Positions 11,110-24,139 of a stretch of DNA of 64,000 bases are shown here, piece after piece (position 1 is the first letter of the stretch; the number at the start of each line of letters is the position of its first letter). The stretch covers positions 99,320,557 through 99,384,556 of the forward strand of contig NC_068987.1 of assembly GCF_001194135.2 (NCBI RefSeq). Reading direction: 5' to 3'. The notes under the pieces are model-generated. The model was not told the origin of the DNA, made no database searches, and saw nothing but the letters and a program-made list of their open reading frames with translations. A program made the translations under genes and the position numbers. The stretch is from Octopus bimaculoides. Lineage: Eukaryota.

Positions 11110-12050
11110 TTCAGTACACTATCCTGTTCTCCATAACTGTCGAGTACAGTGAGTCGTATCCTTTGTTCAAGTCTAGGTAGTTATATACAACATTTTGGCA
11201 TTGCTCCTTGTTCATAGCGTCAGCATTAGGGTCGCCTTGGTTTTCAATCGCGTGGTGATTTCTACTCTTAAATGCTGATTTAGCGCACTTACCTATCCCG
11301 AAATCCATTTTGAGGTCGTTGCGAAAATATGTACGATGGTGTGAATAACTTAAAACGGAATGTTTTCTCTCGGAACCCTTTTAAGAATAAATGGGTAAAT
11401 GTAGTAAAGGTGATACTATTTCTTATTTGTTGCTCCCCTTGTTCATCATATTGGCGAGAATTACTAGTGCAATGCGTGAGAGAAGTCATTTTAGGGCGTC
11501 CTTCCGCCGCGCGATACGGCTTCTTATGTTTATTGGTGTGGATGTTAAACATCTATTACTACGGGAAAGTTTCAATGTAGTCGTCTAGGTTTTAAAGTCA
11601 TAAGTGAAGATTCTCATCAGTACTGGGCACATTATTGATCAGGAAACTCTCCTCTATCTACAGGTGTAACTCACTTTTAAGTGTATAACTTGGAGACGAT
11701 CTCTGGTTTTGAGAGATATTTTTTGGCTCCAGGTCGCATGGTATTGTTTTATAGTAAGGCATTGGCCGTTGCCTGCGCTGTCAAATTTTTTCCAACTCTT
11801 CTCATCTGCTGGAAAGAGCTTGTTTTTGTCAAGAAAACTTTGGTTGCTATCCGTAATAGCAGAAGTAAAAAGGTTTTATAATGCTGGTTGTCAGGATGTA
11901 TATGTAATTATTCAGGTTCTGTGATTTTCTGTATTTTGGAGCAAATGCTCGTTTCCCATGTGTGTCTTTCAGATCATTTTTTTCTGAAGAGATATTCACA
12001 GTTAGAACGTGCTTATGAATAGTTGAGTTTGATGAGAGGAAGTAAATAAT
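11110..12050 (-). pseudogene. Degenerate reverse transcriptase of an RLE-type (R4/Dong-like) LINE
   Basis: Collinear minus-strand motifs THGKRAFAPKYRKSQNLNNY, FLDKNKLFPADEKSWKK, IALVILANMMN and FRNDLKMDFGIGKCAKSAF correspond to G.T.L.PK....P.NYRP, L..N.LLP.EQKG, CLALNPLS and FS.DI.M.FG.DKCA. Confidence 0.7.
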
Positions 12051-12931
12051 AGAATCGAGAGCAGCAAGCAACGGCAAATATACAAACAAGAACAATATCA
12101 CCGGTCACAACGATAAGAAATACGACAGGGAGTAGAATGTCTGCTTCAAACAGCTTATATTACTTAATAATATCTATAAACTATAATGCAACAAATTTTG
12201 GAGCTTGAGGGTTTGGAAAATAGCGATATATAAATAATTAAGTAACAGTTATTTACATTTACTTAAAAGAAGTGTTTCCTTTCTAAAGCGACTCATTGCT
12301 CACAATGCGTTTGTTATTCTTTTGATCCTTTCCATTGATATTATGTAAATATAAACAAAATCAAGGAAAGAATCAATAATTCTTAGCAGAAATACTAAAC
12401 CTCACACAACTCGTGAAAATAATGTTTATTCTTTCATGTAAACTATTAAATATATTTCCGAGGATTCGTGATGCAGGTTATTGTGGTAAAACATGTGAGG
12501 TGAATTCTTCCTTCCAGATAATAACGCGGTCTCATCAATAAATGCAGTTCAGTAATATAGATTGCTTGGAGTGTTGAAGGCTGTTGAGCTGATACGGGCA
12601 GATACAATCATAACATCGGTGAGGAATATACGGTGAGTATTAGGAAGTTAGGGGAAATAAATATATATGTAAAGGTACGCATACAAGTATGATAGAAATA
12701 TTCATATATATTTTTTTCTATTTTACTTTATTGCATGTGAATAAATGTGACAAAGTGTATACTTAAACTTAAATGCTTGTAGTAGTATCAAAAGGATAGT
12801 TTTGGGGACAATAGTGTTTGAAGCAGATGATTATGATTATTTTGTTTTATATACGCAGTCCACTTACACTTAGAGAAGCATCAAGACTAGAGAGACGCAT
12901 CAAGAAATGTGATGCGAATGGTAAATGTACA

Positions 12932-13168
12932 TAAGGCGGCGCGCTGGCAGAAACGTTAGCACGCTGGGCGAAATGCTTAGCGGTATTTTGTCTGCTGCTA
13001 CGTTCTGAGTTCAAATTCCGCCGAGGTCGACTTAGCCTTTCATCCTTTCGGGGGGGTCGATAAATAAAGCACCAGTTACGCACTGTGGTCGATGTATTCG
13101 ACTTAATCCGTTTGTCTGTTCGTGTTTGTCCCCTTTATGTTTAGCCCCTAGTGGGCAATAAAGAATAT
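12932..13168 (+). mobile_element. Young family A SINE with perfect 16-bp target-site duplication
   Basis: GGCGGCGCGCTGGCAGAAACGTTAGC..GAGTTCAAATTCCGCCGAGGTCGAC..GGGCAATAAAGAATA; TSD GAATGGTAAATGTACA at 12916-12931 and 13169-13184. Confidence 0.93.
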
Positions 13169-14249
13169 GAATGGTAAATGTACAACAAAGGATATGTAAG
13201 TGTAATAAATGAAATCAACAAACATTTCAATAGATGAAACATTCACTAAATAGTATTCTGCAAATGTTGTTTGTTAAGTAATCAAAACATAGGGAACAGA
13301 AAAAAAGTTAAATGATAGAAGAAAACAAAGGATTAAATCAAATCATCTTAAAATAAACATTGAAAAAATTATGTTAAATATTACTTGTAGAAAGCATGCA
13401 AAATCAGACAAAATTAATATCTTGAAAGAACAACTGAAAATAAGGAACGACATAAATTCTTTTCCATTTGAATAAGTTTGATTCAAATGTAAATGAGTTT
13501 TGTCACCTTCTTTAAATTACTGACTGTGTAATATATCTATACGCACTAGATATTTCTCTCACTGAGAAAGAGAAGCACCACACGACATTTGATTCGCCGA
13601 TACATTATCGTTGTGTAACTGAAAGAAAAAGACCACAAAAAGTATTGTGTTGACATATCAAATTCTAAGACAATGTATTAAACGTTATCCCACTTGTCAT
13701 AAAAAAACCAGGGGGCATCTTGAAAATAGATGTTGAGTACACTTAGAGACATTTACATTCAGCAATACTACTTCAGCCATTTCTTGTCATTTGACGAGAC
13801 ATATAGTTATTAGATAACAAAATAGGATTCATTGGCTGCTTTTCTTTCTATATTGCCTTCTTGTTATTAAAAACATCCTCTTTGCATCAGATATTCAATG
13901 TATAAATATAAATGTCGTTACAAATAAAGATGGAAAATTTGCAATGATGACAGAGAATCACAATAAATGTATCAGAAATGCGTAAAGCAAGAAGAAACAA
14001 GAATATGTTGCACTAAGTGAGCGACCGACATTTTGTGTTGGACTAAGCTGGGCAAAGACATCGCGACCGTTGAGCGCAAAATAATTGAGGTAATATGACA
14101 CGAAACTTAAAGAGGACGCTGGTTTAAGTAAACTCAGTCAGTTCAAATGTACCGGTTGTCATTAAGGAATATATATATAAAAAGATAAGGTAAGAAATGA
14201 TAATATGACATGTTATACGTATATGCAGTTGCATAATAGGGGTGTTAGC

Positions 14250-14500
14250 ATATCGGGCATTTAATAACAGATATAGGAAATAAACTCCATTGATATGAAA
14301 ACCAGAAGAATATTATCATCAGATATATTCTTCCACAATAATCATCTACTTCGGGTCGCTGATAAAGATGGGAGAATCCATTTAAAATAAAATCACTAAT
14401 AGATAACCTACGAAAAAAGCATTGAAAAAGCAGATACGTAAACAAACCAGCAGGCGACCGATAAACAAGACGATATTTATCATCGCATTCAAAAATGTGA
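14250..14500 (+). mobile_element. Possible piggyBac-like transposase remnant
   Basis: Across a frameshift, FFHNNHLLRVADKDGR..FKIKSLIDNLR resembles the piggyBac LHF.DN...D...KIRPLID.L segment; nothing else recognisable. Confidence 0.3.
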
Positions 14501-14779
14501 ACCACAGAACTCCTTTCTTCTATCTCTGACTATTCTCTCACCATTACAATACTTCCTTGCTTCTAGACTCAGTAGCCTCGCGGCACTTCATTTCATGCTG
14601 TCCAAAATATCCAATCTCCACTCTAATTACTACAAATAAATATTTCCAATACCACTGAAGTTTTCTAACTGACTATATTCTAACAGCTGCTTGAATTTAT
14701 TCTAACTATTCAAAAATCACATTAGCCTTGTCGATATATCGACAATCCGGGTTAGCAATAGTAACTTGCTTTATTTTGG

Positions 14780-15370
14780 AAGCTCAAACTGGAGAAGACA
14801 ACATATTCCATACCGAGTATAAATTATTTAACAAATGCTAGAGAAGCAACTGATTTCCAAAGAAACATTTGTATAAAGGCTTGTATACAGATAGCATGAA
14901 AATACTGCAAATATCAAAAGGAAATACGTCATGGGGATGGAAGAGTGACGCTTATATATTTACTACTTAAGAACTTGAGGTATCCACAAAAACATGTTTA
15001 ACATGATAACAATGAAAAACATAAATCACGAAAATCCTACTAAAAATGTCTATATTACACATCTAAGGAAGATATTACACGTGTGATGACAAGATTTCCA
15101 AATAAGTGATGTTGCAGCCGGATGTTTTCAGATATGTCAATACACACGTGAAAGGTGTTGGAAGAACCACTATGGAATAAATATCTAAAATGGTTTACCT
15201 AATATTGAGGATATTGACAGCTTCCACGACAAGGAATATTAAGATATATCCAAACGAAGGTCTCCCAGAACACTAAGCCTAATGATGGAACAAAGATATA
15301 TTTCTATGGATGTCATTTTCCCATCCAATGTGAACATTTCGTTGAAATGCAGTGACACATAGATCGTCTA
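14780..15370 (+). mobile_element. Very degenerate RLE-LINE C-terminal remnant
   Basis: Scattered collinear pieces such as DVAAGCF and MDVIFPSNVNISLK resemble HIVAGC and IDVAIP.D.NVS.KE. Confidence 0.4.
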
Positions 15371-15838
15371 TGAATAACTGCTTTGTGTAGTTTCTCTGCG
15401 CATAATTGTTGCATTTGTTACCTGTCAGCATTGGCGTACGTCGATACCTTATTAAGTTTTACGACACAGTGTGCAGAAAATAAGATTGTGAGAAAAATAA
15501 GAGAACAACAAATACTTTACATTCATCACTGTGGAATAGTGAAACTATACATACTAATTGCCTCCACTAGAAGGCAAACATTTCAAACAGAAACATGTGT
15601 GTATATATCTGCATGATTGTTCAGCTGATGTAAAACATTTTTTTTCTGAATAAATGAATTTACATTTAAAGAAACATATGGTTAGTTTGTTGTATTAGAA
15701 ATAACAGAATAGATGTTATTTTCATATTCTTTTGTTCTTTATATTAAAGAGAAAATTACATTTCAAGGAAATATATAAACTTGAAAATAACAGGATTTGC
15801 ACGAATAAATAAATACTATATCAAATATTCAAATTGCA

Positions 15839-15940
15839 ATGGAAACGCATTCAGCATTCGCAAAAATGTTCTCATTTCAATTCTCTTTTACCTTTCTCTC
15901 ATATTTGTGCTTAATACCCACCAGTAATGCAAATTTATTG
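15839..15940 (+). CDS. Candidate first coding exon with a signal-peptide-like sequence (unassigned)
   Basis: ATG at 15839 gives METHSAFAKMFSFQFSFTFLSYLCLIPTSNANLL, then a phase-0 donor TTG/GTATGG; TATATAAA lies at 15772-15779. No homologue recognised and no downstream exon confirmed. Confidence 0.25.
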
Positions 15941-17654
15941 GTATGGATTTATTATTGACATTGTATTTCATTTCATTTAATTTCCAAAGTTATTATGTTT
16001 TATATGGTTTAGATTTCTTGCTTGTAAACTTGTAGTAAGTTATTCCCTTGTGGCTGGCTAAACAAAAGATGGATGTTTCTACACGCTTCCAACCATGAAC
16101 CAAATAAATTTTCTAATGAAAAATAAAACCAAACATATTAGTCACACGTTTCCCTATATATCCTAGCTCTATCTGTCATTTCTGATTAATATCATTGTTA
16201 TTTTTCTCTGTTATGTATTTTATGTCTGTGATCTTCTGCATCCAGTAATATTAATGGTGATAAATTGCATTGTTCTCTTAGAATTTCCTTGCAGCATATG
16301 AATTTTTGCATCTCCTTGTATACTGATGTTTAACTTCTATTCCAGATATTCTCTTCGCCTTTCCCTCGTCACTTCTTACCGTCGTTCAATACTCGAGGAA
16401 ATCTTCAGAAACTTTTCCACGTGTAGATTACACATGTTAATGACCCTAATCTATAACGACCACAGATATCTGACGTTTATTTCCAAATATTGACGGACAT
16501 CAAAACGGTGAGATATCTCCTTTGAAAAAGACTGAATCAAATGCTAGTGGATTTGCCATTTAAAAATATTATTTGAGAAATCTTTGTCTTAGAACAAAAT
16601 GTGATCTCTTCTATTGTTGCATGTGACCTGTTCGGGTGGAAGAATCTCCAAGAATAAGAATATTAATAGCGCAACCTATTTTATTGGGGTTACAATTTTA
16701 ACATTTCACCATGGTCTTTATATGTGCGAAACATCCTCTGATGAATTCTCTCTTCTCTGTTATGTTTCTAAGACTCTTTTTGTTTTTGCTCATAAAACAG
16801 GCATTAGAGAAATGCTTAAAGGAACGTTGCAATATTATGAGCGGATACTGCACACTCCAGGGAAATATTCATAATATATAGTTTCTTTATAATTATATTT
16901 ATAACCAACTACATCCATCTCATTTGTCATTTCCATAAACGTGATTTACAGAGTAATCTACTCTCCTTTAAATTGGCTATTTGCTACACTGGGAAAGGAT
17001 TATTCTGAACGTCATATTTCTTTATTGACAAGGCTATGGATGATATATATTTTCATTTTTATGAAAATTATACATTCCCACTTATCCACAATCATAGACA
17101 AGTGAAAACATGAATGTGCAGGAACTTCGCATTCCTTCAATTTTTATTTTAAGTTTAAGACAATGCGTTCCGTCCGATCTTCTGTGGTAGACTCAGTATG
17201 CCGTAAGTTTTTTCAGTAGTCAAATAATTTGGGGACGTCTATCCCTTTGCAGGTAATAAAGGAAAGCTCATCAGTTTTTATCCTTAAAACTTTTATGCAT
17301 CACACAGTATTCTAACAACGAATGTTTGAATTAGTGGCCGAGTATTCAATATTGGCTAAACAATAATTAAATTTAATAACGTTTTTATTTCGCCACTAAA
17401 GCATTACTGTTCTACAAAGAACTATGTCACTACATTCTAACCACAGGAAAGAGTATTTTCCAGTTGGTTAAGGACACATAACATGTGTCCGGCATATTGT
17501 GAATGAGAGAGCGAATCACTCCCCAATCCAGATTTATAGAACAGACATGTTATAGTGCCAAAAGAAAAAAAAAACTTTGCCATCTAGTATTGCTACTATT
17601 TATATCTCCACTTTGCTCGTTAGTATTCAAATTAATATTTGACTGTCGAATGCG

Positions 17655-17870
17655 ACTAGCTGGTAAACGCGTTACTGCGATAGGCAAACTGCTGAGCGGC
17701 ACCTTGTCGTTCTTTATGTTCTGAATTCAAATTCTGTCGAGGTTTTCTTTAACTTTCCTCTTTTCCGGTGTCGATAAAATAAGTGCCAGTAAAGTACTGG
17801 TGTCGATGTCAACAGAACTACGCTTTCCCTCTAAAATGCTGGCCTTGTTCCATAATTTGAAACCAATATA
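17655..17870 (+). mobile_element. Family A SINE, diverged
   Basis: GCTGGTAAACGCGTTA..CTGAATTCAAATTCTGTCGAGG..GTCGATAAAATAAGTGCCAGT..GCTGGCCTTGTTCCATAATTTGAAACC. Confidence 0.8.
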
Positions 17871-17939
17871 TATTTGTCGAAGCATGTTTTGAGAACCAGG
17901 TGCATAATATATATGCATACATAAACAAAGCATTATATA

Positions 17940-17976
<37 letters not shown>

Positions 17977-18199
17977 GTGGATCAATTACTGAAATAGTCT
18001 TCTCTATTTATGATCACTGTTAACGATGTAATTCCTCAAATATCACGCCTCTCAAGTTAATCATCTTTCGGATATGCTTTGCATGCATACTAGATAACGT
18101 GGTCTAAATTTTAAAGTTACTGGGATTTTGTTGAAAGTGACGTGGCTGTTATTAATTATGTTTCCCTTATTTTATGAACGAAGGATTTAAGGAGGTTGT

Positions 18200-19600
18200 C
18201 AAAGTGAAAATGTGCATTTGAATTTCTTTTCAGGACTTGATATTTGGTGAGAGATTTGATGTAAAAAGATGAGACGTTGGGAGCGTGATTAATGTGATAT
18301 ACGATATTGCGTAAGTATTGTAAAAGCTATTGTCATTGCTAATTACTTTTCATAGTGTTTTAATATCTGTCTTGTGATTTTTTGAAAGATTAAGTGATTG
18401 ATCTTTTCGTGTGATCTTAATTTAGGTTTCATACTTTACTTTGGTTTATTTATGCTGAGTTTCATTTTTCTTCTAAGCTATAACAGGGAATTTTTGACAG
18501 GTACGCTACGAATTATCCTTCGCTACATTTTAGAGTTCTTTTTTGTGTGAGTTTTGTTCATTAGATTTATTATTGTAGTTCATTATTATATGTTGTAGTA
18601 TATGTATTACCTAGCGTTGTATGTGTTTCCTTGATATATCATTTTGCAAATAATTTATATTGTTTATTCACTGCAGAATCTCACTTGGTGATTATATTGT
18701 CTTTGATTTCAGTGAACTCTCGATGAAAGAGTTTTTGCAGGCCAGTTTCTAAGTTAGTTTAAGCGTTTAAATAAAAAAAAAAGAAGTTTTCTTTATGACC
18801 AGACTTCTGCTGAGACGTTTGTGAGATGAAGTGTTATTTACGATGCAATTCTGATAACTAGTAGTAGTGGATATTGCCATGTAGCCTATTGCTTGTTTAA
18901 GTATGACTGAGTACGCGTGCGTGGGTATGTGTGTATCTCTGTGTTATTGATGTTTATTTTCTATTGCAAAGAGTGTGTGTTCATTACTCTATTTTTCCTT
19001 CTTATTCCTTTTGAAATATGATATAATTGTGAAGCGAAAACGTCCTGAAATATTAATTAGTACAGTGTGCTTTATCTTGTAGTGGACTGTTTGAAATCAA
19101 CGGTGTTATTTGTAGTCAACAAACCCTATACCGGCTTCATATAGAAAAAAATATGAATCAAAGTCTCGCAGTAATGTCCAAGTCATCATTTTCCTGCTAC
19201 TTGAATTAAGATATCTAATGGGTTCTTACTTGTTTTAAAGGCAGTGTGGTCTAAACTGAGAGAATTAGGTGAACCATATAGCAAGTCGAAAGATGAAGCA
19301 GAATCTCGATCGATTTATTTGAAAAGGGTTGTGAGGTTGGCCTCGAGATATAATGTACTTTCATTTATCACCTAATATTCCATTTATCATTAGAATTCAG
19401 TTTAATGATTTCTGTTTCTGTCTGATATCCTGGCATCATTCTATGTTTGAGTAAAGTTTTAGTAACGTTTGTGTACGTGTCACATGATTAGGAAATATTT
19501 GATTAGTTCCCTTATTTGTTTACGTGACATTATTATAGCATGTAGTGTTCCTCGTCTGGAATTCTTTCTGTGCTCCTTGCATATTACATACCATTTTATT
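18200..19600 (-). mobile_element. Possible very old Penelope-like retroelement remnant
   Basis: Weak collinear minus-strand pieces (RRGTLHA; SYLNKQ*ATWQYPLLLVIRIAS) resemble PLE RT RGT.MG and thumb YLNF.S.HP....IP..LA.RI; many stops. Confidence 0.3.
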
Positions 19601-19894
19601 TCGTGAAAAATGTAAGGCATTACCTACACCAAGGTGGGCGTAGGAAACCAATGTTTTATAATCAACTACTTGAGTGTTATATTTTCACAGTATATATGGG
19701 CCACTTTAGTGTTTCGCAGATCACCAGATGCGTTCTTGGGATTTAGAATCATAGTTGTTTAGGCTTATAAAAATCACAAGCAATCTATACTAAGTTAGCC
19801 ATTCACAGACACGCCCGAATTGAATATCAGGCAAGAATGTCATTTTGTAGTTATTTAATACCTCCATAGCCGCCGGCAAACCAGTCAATGTACT

Positions 19895-20004
19895 TCCCTC
19901 CCTGCCTACAGACCTACCTACGCAATTACCTACCTACCTACCTACCTACCGAGCTACCTACTGACCGACCACTATACATCAGTCCATCTATCTATCTATC
20001 TATA

Positions 20005-20055
<51 letters not shown>

Positions 20056-20060
20056 TTATC
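19895..20060. repeat. (CCTA)n then (TCTA)n tetranucleotide repeats
   Basis: Direct inspection. Confidence 0.9.
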
Positions 20061-20129
20061 GATCGATCGATCATTCTATCGCTCCCTATATATCTGTATG
20101 TGAGGGCCGTTATATATGAATATGTGTAA

Positions 20130-20157
20130 TAGTAATAGTAGTAGTAGTAGTAGAAGT

Positions 20158-20237
<80 letters not shown>

Positions 20238-20351
20238 GAGTAGTAGGAGTAGTAGTAGTAGTTGCTGTAGTGGCAGCAGCAGCAGCTGCAACAAGTGGTA
20301 GGGGCAGCAGCAGCAATGACGATAGTATCATCATCATCATCATCATCATCG

Positions 20352-20402
<51 letters not shown>

Positions 20403-20418
20403 CCAGCAGCAGCAGCAT

Positions 20419-20450
<32 letters not shown>
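20130..20450. repeat. Compound trinucleotide array (AGT)n-(ATT)n-(AGT)n-(GCA)n-(CAT)n-(AGT)n
   Basis: Direct inspection; source of the poly-S/I/L/M ORFs in the track. Confidence 0.95.
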
Positions 20451-21048
20451 ATGCGCGGCGTTTTTATTGGGTTGCCTCTAATGTTCGGTCTCGCAAATAT
20501 TCACGAAGATATCCGCTTTAGATGAACGCTTGGGAACAGATTCATGTTCCTAATACAACAATGTGTTTCTCATGGATGTTTTCACAAGATTAATCATTGA
20601 TGCAATAGTCCATATCGGATTACACCGGATCACATGGATAGACCTACGTTTGGCACAAAGTATATATTCCTGTATTTTATGTAAGTAGAATGAAGTAAGA
20701 AAGAATTTACCAAATACAACATTCAATGAATATTATTTCTTTCCTCGTATCTCCTTCAGTCTCGCACTTAAATGTCTCATCTACCGCTTCAGTAGATAAA
20801 GGTATTAAATTCTAAGTAATAATCCGCTTCTGTATAATAACATAAATTAATTTATATTCAGTTGGAATGGGTTTTATTGATGGAAAATCGAATCAGTGTC
20901 CGTGGGGCAGTATTAAATTAATTACAAATTCGTATATCGATACCCATACCTTTTGATATACATTTGTTATTTTCTTCTTGATATTATCTCAAGGAAAACT
21001 TATGAAATCATTTCCATGCATACACGTTCAATATTATCAAGGCACTAC

Positions 21049-21087
<39 letters not shown>

Positions 21088-22129
21088 ATATATATTATTT
21101 TATTTTTATCATTCAGTTAGCAACCTTCGTTGTCTTTTAGCAAATGCGGCATGGGATATTTCTATTTCTCGTCAGATAGTTCCTCTGGGGAAATCAAATG
21201 CTCCAAGAATCTGATAGGTGTCTTTTTAAAATATATCTCATTTAATCTTCTCTCTTCCCACTCCTCTAGTTGTCTCTATATCTCGAATTATCTAGCTAGC
21301 TACCTATTTATCTATTTATCGATATAAATAAGTCTTATGTATCAGGAAGTGGTTTATCTTATGAAATTCACACTTACATCCGCATGCATTTACATTCACA
21401 CATTGTATTCACATAACACATCTACATGCATGTACATACACAAATACACTCTTACTCTCATACAAACACGTATATATTGATATATGTTTGTGCATGCACA
21501 TAAGCGTCCCGGTATGTCTGTAGAGTGGTATTTTATATGCAAATTTAGTTACAACTTTGTTGCACGGTATGTGTGAATTACAACATACCCAATGTTTATG
21601 GAAATCATTGAAATTGCACACAAACTTCAGAAACATAAATAACATTCTAACATGTATTCGCTGAACTCGAAATACAATAAATACTCATAGACACACTACA
21701 CCAGAACAGAATAGAGGAAACAACGATTGTTATACGCACGTTTACAGAGAGATCATTTGATCCCCTAATTCTTGAGTCAAAATTATATGTGATACTGATA
21801 TAATTGGCAATATTAAAGCATAGATTTGAGATAGAGAGAAAGAGGATCATAATGATGTTTTCGAAGCCCGTGAGGAGGTGATCCTGATAATGTTAAATAA
21901 TTCAACGAAATCGGCTCCTGGGAAAAAAGACATTGACGATTAACAAGAAAATAATGATGATAATGATGATAAATGGTAGTAGTAAGGGAAGTATAATGAT
22001 GATGACAATGGTGACGATATTGATAATGATACGGAAGTTGGAAATGATGATACAAGCACCAAATATATTGGTGATGTAAATATACACTCCCTGCCACACA
22101 CACACGCATATAATACATACATAATCATT

Positions 22130-22255
22130 TCTACTATAGGCACAAGGCTTGAAATTGGTGTGGAGAGTACTAGTGTATTACATCGACCCCAGTGTTTCCC
22201 TGGTACTTAATTTATCGACCCCGAAAGGGTGAAAGCCAAAGTCGACCTCGGTAAA
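22130..22255 (-). mobile_element. Family A SINE 3-prime half
   Basis: TTTCTACTATAGGCACAAGGC..CATCGACCCCAGT..TGGTACTTAATTTATCGACCCCGAAAGGGTGAAAGCCAAAGTCGACCTCGG is the reverse complement of the family A body. Confidence 0.85.
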
Positions 22256-22419
22256 ATGTTGCTTATCCATGCACAAATAATGACATTATGTTAAATGGGT
22301 TAATTCCTCTTTCTGTTAAAGATGATTTATCCTAGCATTCGTTTCATTAAAACAAGCCTTGGTAAAAACAATAATAAGCAGTCAACATCTTTGGATAAAT
22401 GAGAAAAATTTTCTCAGAA

Positions 22420-24000
22420 GAGCTTAGCCATAAAGAACCGAATATTATTAAGGAATCTCAATACATGAGATTACTATTCTATAATCTATCACTAGGCAAG
22501 AAACTCCAGTCAGCTACCGTATATCGCGTGAATACCGAGAGAAAAAAAAATGGATCTTATCTGAACCGATATCTCTATCAATTTTATAAAATTGCTATTG
22601 AATGTGACTCACTTGGCTTCACGTAAAGAATGAATTGTGGTCGGGATCTCAAATACCTCAGCTACTTTTCGTTCAGTGCCGAATATCTACCTTACCAAGC
22701 AAAATACGTCCAGCAAAAGTCTGAGTAAAACCAACCAGTTTCTATTGAGTAAAGTAGATATAGATATAAATCACAGTCAGCAACAAAATTCAGACGTTTC
22801 ACCAACAAACATAATCAAGAATTATACAGAAAAAAACATTTCGCAAACTATCTGAAGAGAGTCAAATGAATTGATGGTTGCGATTGCTGTTCGCCAGCAA
22901 ATGGAAATAACAGAGATTGGTTGTATGGAGAAATATCAACGAAAACGGATTCAATTTATTTTGAAACATGTCGACGGACGCACGAAAGATGTTCCCTCTC
23001 TATCGCTATGTGCAAAGTGCATAGTAAAGTCACTAAGCACCAACAACAAATTAACAACAGATTTTTAAATATCTATGAGAACTGTAGACAAGAGTTACCT
23101 ATGGCACCAGATGAGTGTATTATACGAAAAAAGATAGACATCAGAAATAAAAGAAAAATCTATAACTATGAGATTTTGGGAGACCATAAAGACGTTATTC
23201 GCTAGCATATAGGAAATTCACCAGTGTTATATCGCAAACTCAAAGACCGTGCCATCGAGATCATAAAAGCACCCCTCGTCACTACAGCATGAGCTCAGGT
23301 CATTTGGGGGAGGTGTGTGTAACGTAAACAAGCTGCACAATGGTGTTGCAATGTGGTTAAATAGGGTATGTTAAAAAGGGTATGTTACGTCGAATATGTT
23401 AAAAAGATTTTTAAAATTCACGCAATTGAACCCATCTCTACACCGCCATATCACTAAGGATAAAGCGGGCAAGCAGAACGTTTCGCGGATGCATTTAAAA
23501 GAGCGATAAAGAAATCATGAAATGAGCTAGTCGATGACGCAGCATTAACATAATTCTTGAGGGTTTATAGGATAACACCAATCCCAAATACTTGTTCAGG
23601 CAAGTCGCTTGCGGAACTAATGTTTGCTAGCAAAATAAAGTCAATTTTTGGCAAGCTGTTACCAGTAAGAAAAATATATACGGAAAACACTAAAAATACG
23701 ACAAAGAATTTTAATATCGGTGACAAGGTGTATATCAAAATATATGAAAATGGAAGGGAAGGTTGGAAAGAAGAAGTAGTAACAAAACGAATTGGCAAAA
23801 TGGCGTATATGATAAGGGTCGAGAAATAGGAACACAGATGACATTTAAAGCAGCTAAAAAATTGATATATAGAAGGAAAAGAGATATGCATGGAAGTGCA
23901 CTACGGCACCTTTGATGTTCCAACGCCACAAGAAGTCGAACCTGGTCGTACCAGCACAAGAGAGAGGAAATAAACAGAACGATTGGAAACAGTGCCTAAA
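22420..24000 (+). mobile_element. Ty3/gypsy LTR retrotransposon pol (integrase) remnant
   Basis: From about 23430: STPPYH*G*SGQAERFADAFKRAIKK..FLRVYRITPIPNTCSGKSLAELMFASKIKSIFGKLLP..FNIGDKVYIKIYENG..W....TKRIGKMAYMI (gypsy PYHP.SNG.AERF, YR.TP...G.SPAELMF, GPY/F-like). Upstream VWRNI..ETCRR resembles the integrase zinc-finger region. The 5-prime limit is uncertain. Confidence 0.85.
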
Positions 24001-24139
24001 CGGAAGGAATATTAAACTTCACTGGGAAGAAAATCTCAAAAACGGGTGATGTTGTGAAAGAAAATTAAATAATAATAGTAATAATAAAAAATAATGATAA
24101 TGTTAATTTCTAACAGGAGAGAATCTCAAAAGGGAGAGA

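Noticed and set aside
12940-13030. tRNA genes at SINE heads (also 33500-33570, 38128-38200, 63330-63398)
   Set aside because: A and B boxes are present, but no complete cloverleaf; each continues into a multi-copy SINE body.
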